Positions 56,230 through 64,000 of a DNA stretch of 64,000 nt are shown piece after piece (position 1 is the stretch's first letter; each line of letters begins with the position of its first letter). The notes beneath the pieces were generated by a model. It worked only from the letters and a program-made list of their open reading frames with translations. It was not told where the DNA came from and searched no databases. The stretch is from Octopus vulgaris (taxonomy: Eukaryota), in NCBI GenBank assembly GCA_951406725.2, contig OX597818.1, positions 34,224,001 through 34,288,000 on the forward strand. Reading direction: 5' to 3'. Position numbers and translations under genes: made by a program.

Positions 56230-57285
56230 CGTGCGTGCGCTGAATTATTCACTGAATTGCATACCAAAACATATCCAACGGGTTGGGCTTCCACACAGCT
56301 TTCATTTCTCGTATTTCACCCGGAAGGTTTTGGTCGACTCTAAATTATTGTAGTATTTCCTTAAAGTACCTTACAATGAGATTGAACTGGAAAACCAATG
56401 TTCTCTGCATGAACTTCTAAACCACACTTACTGGCTAAGGTGTTAAATAAAGAGATATCAACACGTAAGTTATAAAAGACATTAGCGTAATTTTTTTTTA
56501 AAGAGATGTTACGGAAGACATTAGCATAGAACTTAAAAAGAGAGAAATTAAGCAAGATTTTAACACATAAGTTAAGAACGATATTAACACGAGAGTTAAG
56601 AAGAGAGAAATTTAATGGGTTTTTATTTGGAAATTTTTCTTTCTAAAATTCTCAGTTAAATCCCAACAGATTTTTTATCACATGAATAGAAAAAGAAATA
56701 TGTTATGATCGGAGCTGTTATTGTTATAGTCCCTGGAAATTACGCTTCCTTTTATAAACTTTATCACCATTATAAAATAGTGTTAAATTATTTCTTTTAC
56801 GTGGATTGTAGTTTCTTTGTTGGTTTTTTAAAATTTATCTTTTAAAAATTCATTTCTTGTTTGTTACTGAGGGCAAGAAATCCTTACTTGAAAGATCGAC
56901 TGATTAGAATAAGAGGAGAAAAAGCGAGAGAATGAGTGAAATGAGAGACGGAGAGAGGGGTAGACATTATAGAGTAGATGTGTGACTGGAGAATATGATA
57001 GAAGGTAAAATATGAGGAGGAGGAAAGATGAGCATTGTTTGGTGGGGGAGAGATAATAAAGGATGTGAAATGATTGTGAAAAGAGAAGAGGAGAGACAGG
57101 CAGAAAGAACCAGAGGTGGAGAGAGAGAGAGAAAAAGAAAGAATGAGAGAGAGATGATTGAGAAGACGCGATGTGGGGTGAGAGATGAATTTAGAATGTG
57201 AGAGGAAAAAGGTGAAATGAAGAGATGCACAGCTTGAAAATAATAAAGAAGGAATCAGAGTGTGAAAAAAAGTGAGTAAGTGAGT

Positions 57286-57319
<34 letters not shown>

Positions 57320-57702
57320 GAGTGAGTGTGAGTGAGTGAGAGAGAGAGTGAGAGTGAGTGAGAGAGAGAGTAAGAGAGAAAGAGAGAGAGAGAGAGAGAA
57401 ACAAAGGAATGATTGAAGAAGAAAGTGAAGAACATTAATGCATTTCTCCTTTTCTAGAAGAAGAAGAAGAAGAAGAAGAAGAAGAAGAAGAAGAAGAAGA
57501 AGAAGAAGAAGAAGAAGAAGAAGAAGAAAATGAAGAAGAAGAAAATGAAGAAGAAGAAAATGAAGAAGAAGAAAATGAAGAAGAAAATAAAGAAGAAGAA
57601 GAAAATGAAGAAAAAATAAAGGAGGAGGAGGAGGGGAAGAAGAAGAAGAAGAAGAAGAAGAAGAAGAAGAAGAAGAAGAAGAAGAAGAAGAAGAAGAAGA
57701 AG

Positions 57703-57749
<47 letters not shown>

Positions 57750-58469
57750 GATAATTACTTAAAAGAAAAGCTTTCTGTTTTTTTCATATTAAGATCCAAA
57801 CATTGTTAGTCTGTTCTGTTCTGTTTTGTTGTGATCTTTCAATGTATTTGATCTGCCCAGCTGCTACCTTGTATTCTAATTTATATTTTCCATCATTACG
57901 GTTCTTCCAACATTTTATAAAATACCAGTTTGTTTTTGTTTTTTTTGGGAAATCTTCACCACATAACAACATACATCTATAGTCAGCTGATTGTGATTGA
58001 ACAGAGGAACAGAAACAAACAAACAAACAAACAAATATACAAACAAAAGGAACCTCGATGAAAGCAGAGCAGTAAAATTAGAGAAACAATAAAATACGAG
58101 TGTCTAAAGATGTAGGAAGCAATGGCTGGCAGAAACGTTTAGCACGCTGCGCGAAATGCGTAGCCGTATTTCGTCTGCCATTACGTTCCGGGTTCAAATT
58201 CCGCCGAGGTCAACTTTGCCTTTCATCCTTTCTGGGTCGATGAATTAAGTACCAGTTACGCACTGGGGTCGATGTAATCGACTTAATACATGTGTCTGTT
58301 CTTGTTTGTCCCCTCTATGTTTAGCCCCTTGTGGGTAATAAAGAAATAGGTAGTGGATTGGTAGACAGTGGTGTTTAGTTATCATATATTTTTTTACCTG
58401 TCTCAGCCATTCGATTGCGGTCATGCTGGGCCACCGCCTTCATGGGTTCTGTCGGACAAATCGGCCCCA

Positions 58470-58871
58470 TTATTTACATTATTTACATTCGACGGATATT
58501 TGTCCTCATCTTGTTTGTTGTTCACACAGCGTTTCGGCTGATATACCCTCCAGCCTTCTTCAGGTGTCTTGGGGGGAAATTTCGAACCTGGGTTCTCATT
58601 CCTAAGGTATTTTTCGATGTTATTATTATTATTATTATGCTAGGACACAACAACTTCCTAAGCAGACCGAGTGCAGATATGAGCAGCATATGGGAACCGG
58701 TATTGAGGAAGGATAGAAAAATATTAGATTTTTAAGCCCTAAAATTCACTCCATAATTACCTACGGCTAAGAGCGCGGGCTACTAACCCCAAGATTCCGA
58801 GTTCAATCCCACGCAGTGACTTGAACAACAACAACAACAACAACAACAACAATAACAACAACAACAACAAC

Positions 58872-58932
<61 letters not shown>

Positions 58933-59110
58933 TCGAAAAATAATTTGGAATGAGAACCCAGGTTCGAAATTTCCCCAAGACACCTGAAGAAGGCTGGAGT
59001 GTATCTCAGCCGAAACGTGTTAACAACAAACAAGATGAGGACAAATATCCCTCAAATGTAAATAATGTAAATAATGTACATATTTCCTCATCTCTTAAAT
59101 ATAGAACTGT
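58470..59110 (+). mobile_element. PLE module E inverted composite: ORF end, tRNA-like segment and HHR
   Basis: HNNFLSRPSADMSSIWEPVLRK...* (stop at 58735), tRNA-like 58761-58822, HHR 58979-59021, inverted copy 58470-58638; TSD aaatcg(g/a)cccca; lies inside a SINE A. Confidence 0.8.
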
Positions 59111-59415
59111 AAATCGACCCCAGTGCTTATTCTGTTGGTGACTTTTGCCAAACCGCTAAGTTACGGGCACGTGTACAAACTAGCACCAGGCCCAAAATAT
59201 GCATTCCATATCAATGCACAAACGCAAATATCTGTGGAGAGATTTGATGGAATCGTTTTACAGCCATACTTTGCTTCTTTTCTTATTCAATGGTATTACC
59301 TGCATAGAACTGTAAGAATTAGAATTGTATTACTATCAAAGACTCACTTCTATTACATAGCCCAAAAGAATATTGATCTTGTTTTATACTCCAAACTCAA
59401 CATTATTTATATATA

Positions 59416-60271
59416 TGAACTGGCAGAATCATTAGCATGCCGGACGAAATGCCTAGCGGTATTTCGTCTGCCGCTACGTTCTGAGTTGAAATTCCGCAGA
59501 GGTCGACTTTGCCTTTCATCCTTTCGCGGCCGATTAAATAAGTACCTGTTACGCACTGGGGTCGATATAATAGGCTTAATCCGTTTGTCTGTCCTTGTTT
59601 GTCCTCTCTGTGTTTAGCCCCTTGTGGGGGTAGTAAAGAAATAGGTATTTCGTCTGTCTTTACATTCTGAGGCCAAATTCCGCCGAGATCGACTTTGCCT
59701 TTCATCTTTTCGGACTCAATAAATTAAGTACCAGTGAAACTCCGAGGTCGATGTAATCGACTAGTCCCCTACCCGAAAATTTCAGACCTTGTGTCTGTAA
59801 GTAGGAATAATTATTTAAATAAGGCGGTGAGTAAAATAGTGTTCTTAGTACATAAATAGATGTAATATATTTTCTTTGCTTTTCTACTCTAGGTACAAGG
59901 CCCGAAATTTGGGGGGAGGGGTCAGTCGATTAGATCGACCCAGTACGCAACTGGTACTTAATTTATGGAACCCGAAAGGATGAAAGGCAGAGTCGACTTC
60001 GGCGGAATTTGAACTCAGAACGTAAAGACAGACGAAATACCCATTTCTTTACAACCCACAAGGGGCAAAACACGGAGAGGATAAACAAGGACAGACAAAC
60101 GGATTAAGTCGACTATATCGACCCCAGTGCGTAACTGGTACTTAATTTATCGACCCCGAAAGGATGAAAGGCAAAGTCGACTTCGGCGGAATTTGAACTC
60201 AGAACGTTACGGCAGACGAAATACAGCTACGCATTTCGCCCGGCGTGCTAACGTTTCTGCCAGCTCGCCGC
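59416..60271. mobile_element. Two SINE B dimers, tail to tail (59416-59810 +, 59879-60271 -)
   Basis: Mutual reverse complements with a ~70-nt spacer. Confidence 0.9.
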
Positions 60272-60823
60272 CACAGATGCAATATAATACAATACAAAAG
60301 TGGAAATGATGGTCAGTAACGCCTATATAATATATCATACTCCCATCCACGAGGTCGATGGTTCGTATAGTATCACAGACCTTGACACTACTATGATTGT
60401 GTCCGTAAAATAATCGCTGGTATACTTGATGTCTTGAACCAGCTAGTTAAATTAGTTAACATCATCTTAATCATGAAAAACTGGCAAGGAAACTCCAACA
60501 TTCAAATTTATTAAAATAAAAAGAAAATGTAATGTGGTGGACATTTAAATCTGATCTTTGGCAGTACGTTAGGAACACCGAACATGTTTAGATCTTATTA
60601 GACCTCATTAGGGAAGTTTAGTCTAAGTATGGCTTCAGGATATTAGATTGAATTCAGAAGGTATAGGATATTTTTCTGAGCTCACCCGACTTTTAGTATA
60701 TACCACGGTGTAAACATTAGCGAGTTTTTCTTTTACTTGCAGTCGTTGGTGGAGCGGGAATGATATTCCGGGGTCGACAATTCCATTCGTCCTATCCGCC
60801 TCTCTTTATGACCCTCTCTCTGA

Positions 60824-61367
60824 CACTCCGTCAGTTACGACGACGACAAAGGGTTCCAGTTGATCTGATCATCGAAACAGCCTGCTCGGGGAATTAACGT
60901 GCAAGTGGCTGAGCCCTCCACAGATATGCGGCGAGCTGGCAGAATCGTTAGCACGCCGGGCGAAATGCTTAGTGGTATTTCGTCTGCGGTTACGTTCTGA
61001 GTTCAAATTCTGCCGTGGTCGACTTTGCCTTTCATCCTTTCGGGGTTGATTAAATAAGTTCCAGTTACGCACTGGGGTCGATATAATCGACTTAATCCGT
61101 TTGTCTGTCCTTGTTTGTCCCCTCTGTGTTTAGCCCCTTGTGGGTAGTAAAGAAATAGATATGCGTACCCATAACGTAGTTTTCAGGGAGATTCAGTGTG
61201 GCACAGACTGAGACATGGCTGGCCCTTTGAATTACAGGTCCTGCTTATTTTTGTCAGCTGAATAGACTGGAGGAAACGTGAAATAAAGTATCTTGCCACT
61301 GGGAATCGAACTCACGACCTTACGATCGTGACCCAAATACCCTAACCACTAAGCTAACGCGTCTTCA
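60824..61367 (-). mobile_element. SINE D-head/tail-2 copy interrupted by SINE B (+)
   Basis: TSD agatatgcg at 60922-60930 and 61157-61165. Confidence 0.85.
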
Positions 61368-61521
61368 TTGGGCCCTGTGTCTATTGAATAACAAATTATA
61401 CTACAATTTATCACCTACAAACGTGATGAATAGACTCAGTGTACAACTGTTCTGAATAAGGATATCCATTGCTACATAGTTCACGCTATTGAACTCCGGG
61501 GCGATTACAAACTTTACAAAT

Positions 61522-61688
61522 AAGGCGCAGGAGTGGCTGTGTGGTAAGTAGCATGCTTACCAACCACATGGTTCCGGGTTCATTCCCACTGCGTGGCACC
61601 TTGAGCAAGTGTCTTCTACTATAGCCTCGGGCTGACCAAAGCCTTATGAGTGGATTTGGTAGACTGAAATTGAAAGAAGCCCGTCGTA

Positions 61689-61773
<85 letters not shown>

Positions 61774-62010
61774 ATGTATATGTGTGTGTATGTGTTTATG
61801 TGTTTGTGTTTGTCCCCCCAACATTGCTTGACAATCGATGCTGGTGTGTTTACGTCCCCGTAACTTAGCGTTTCGGCAAAAGAATAAGCGATAGAATAAG
61901 TACTAGGCTTACAAAGAATAAGTCCTGGAGGTCGATTTGCTCGACTAAAGGCGGTGCTCCAGCATGGCCACAGTCAAAATGACTGAAACAAGTAAAAGAG
62001 TAAAAGAGTA
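61522..62010 (+). mobile_element. SINE family A, full length
   Basis: Complete head, microsatellite and (agtaaaag)n tail. Confidence 0.9.
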
Positions 62011-63028
62011 AATAACTTTACAGCTAGAAACACTTTCTTGAGAGTTAAGATTCCATACACATAAGAAGAAATACTGTTGTGAGAATTCGAACCTCCGTTG
62101 GATTGATTTATTAGTGACCGAGCATTCAATAGACAGAAGCCATTTCTGACTTTCCTTCTAAAACATATATATTGTAAAATATAGGCTACAGTTAGGCTGC
62201 TATCAAACAACTAATATACGTTGTCTAAAATCATAAACTTTTTATTTATTCTTCATTAATAACATCAAGTGTAGATTGATTAAAAACGAGATGTTTAACA
62301 TAGAAACACATTTTTGATTCCTCCATTCAAAAACGAATTTGTCTTTGAAGTCATCCACTCATTAGTTATACATCTACACAAGTTATGTACGACACTAAGA
62401 TACTAAATACGTAATATTAATGATATCGTAGATCTAAGTCATCGAATATCTCTTCATACAATTATATACTAACAACCCACTTGTCAGTAGTATATATATA
62501 TGTGTGTGTGTACCTATTCTTGTCTCTCTCTCTCTATATATATATACGTGTGTGTCTATTTATTCATCTCTCTCTCTCTCTATATATATATAGAGAGAGA
62601 GAGAGATGAATATATATATATAAAGATACATATATATGTATGTATGTGTGTGTGTGTGTGTGTGTCGTTTATTCTGCATGATGCTTAGTACAAATCCAGC
62701 ATTTTCAGGGGAGGGGTTAAAATCGATTATATCGACTCCCAAAGATGAAAGGTGGAATTTGATCTCAGAACGTAAGTACAGACGAACTAACGCTAAGCAT
62801 TTTGCCTGGTGCGGTAACGATTCTGCCAACTCACTACATTGGCGCATATACTAAAATATAAGGGTATAGGAACAAAATAATAAAATCCAACAAAAAAGAA
62901 AAGAATAATAGTCATCGTTTCCAAATTCTTCTAACTCTTATGCGAGATCTACTGAAGAATTACCCACGGACGCTAAAATTCAGGTATACTTAAAATGGAG
63001 GGCTAATTCTGATAGCTTTTTTAATAAT

Positions 63029-63202
63029 AAGGCGCAGGAGTGGCTGTGTGGTAAGTAGTGTGCTTACCAACAACATGCGTGGCACCTTGGGCAAGTGTCT
63101 TCATCTACAACCACGGGCCGACCAAAGCCTTGTGAGTGGATCTGGTAGACGGAAACTGAAGGAAGCCCGTCGTATATATATATATACATATACACATATA
63201 TA

Positions 63203-63268
<66 letters not shown>

Positions 63269-63467
63269 TGCGTCTGTCTTTGTCCCCCACCATCGCTTGA
63301 CAACCGATGCTGGTGTGTTTACGTCCCTGTAAACCAGCGGTTCGGTAAAAGAGACTGATAGAATAAGTACTAGACTTACAAGGAATAAGTCCTGGGGTCG
63401 ATTTGCTCGACTAAAGGCGGTGCTCCAACATGGCTGCAGTCAAATGACTGAAACAAATAAAAGAGTA
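63029..63467 (+). mobile_element. SINE family A, near full length
   Basis: As above, with a B-box deletion. Confidence 0.9.
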
Positions 63468-63504
63468 ATCCTTTCAAATCTTTAGCACAGGATCAGCAGT
63501 TTTA

Positions 63505-63718
63505 GGATCTTTACCTTTTGACAAACAACGGCAGTAATTTTATTCAGCTGAATATACGTCATTGATTGGTTGAAAATACCAAAATACGACAACTTTAACA
63601 CGAAATAACTTCGTAAATATTAAACTTTTCTCAAAAACGCTAAGAGTAAAAGATGTTTAAAAGTGTTTAGTTACAAAAAATTAATTTCTCGATCTGCCAT
63701 TCAAAGGGAAAGGGATCC
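63505..63718. mobile_element. MITE with GG-starting TIRs (Merlin-like), nested in a SINE B
   Basis: ggatctttaccttttga / tcaaagggaaagggatcc; TSD cagtttta/cagttttg (7 of 8). Confidence 0.65.
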
Positions 63719-64000
63719 CAGTTTTGTAGGAAAGGGAATAGGCGATTACATCGATTCCAATACCTGACTGGTACTTTGTTTTATCGACAACGAAAGGCTA
63801 AACGGACAAGTTGACCTCGGTGGTATTTGAACTCAGAACATGCCTGAAGAAATACTGCTAAGCATTTTTTCCGACGCGCTAACGATTCTTCCAGCTCGTG
63901 ATATGTTTTTAATAATAGAGAGTAATTGTCAATATAACATGATCATGGGCGCGCATGTGTATATATGTGCGTATGTGAGTATGTGTGTGTGTTTGCTTGT

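Overview
This is repeat-saturated animal genomic DNA, intergenic or intronic. The tRNA-SINE set and microsatellite load suggest an octopus or other coleoid cephalopod; that is inference from remembered repeat families. No host protein-coding exon, rRNA or true tRNA is supportable, and nearly all listed ORFs are microsatellite or SINE translations. The window holds four abundant tRNA-derived SINE families (here called A-D) with swappable tails, Tc1/pogo/Tigger/hAT/Merlin-like MITEs, two non-autonomous Helitrons, solo-LTR candidates, and L1-Tx1 and RTE LINE relics. It also holds many Penelope-like element (PLE) fragments carrying hammerhead ribozyme (HHR) motifs, which give the main signals. (1) A repeat at 25501-25562 and 49523-49582 has all three HHR core strands in the non-circularly permuted order S-G-C, with covarying stems. 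(2) A foldback element at 51842-52124 carries a minimal HHR on each arm with a compensatory G3-C8 core swap. (3) A PLE terminal module joins a GIY-YIG-like ORF end, a tRNA-like Pol III head and a minimal HHR, and occurs twice as an inverted composite flanked by a target-site duplication (TSD). All ribozyme calls are folded by eye and untested.
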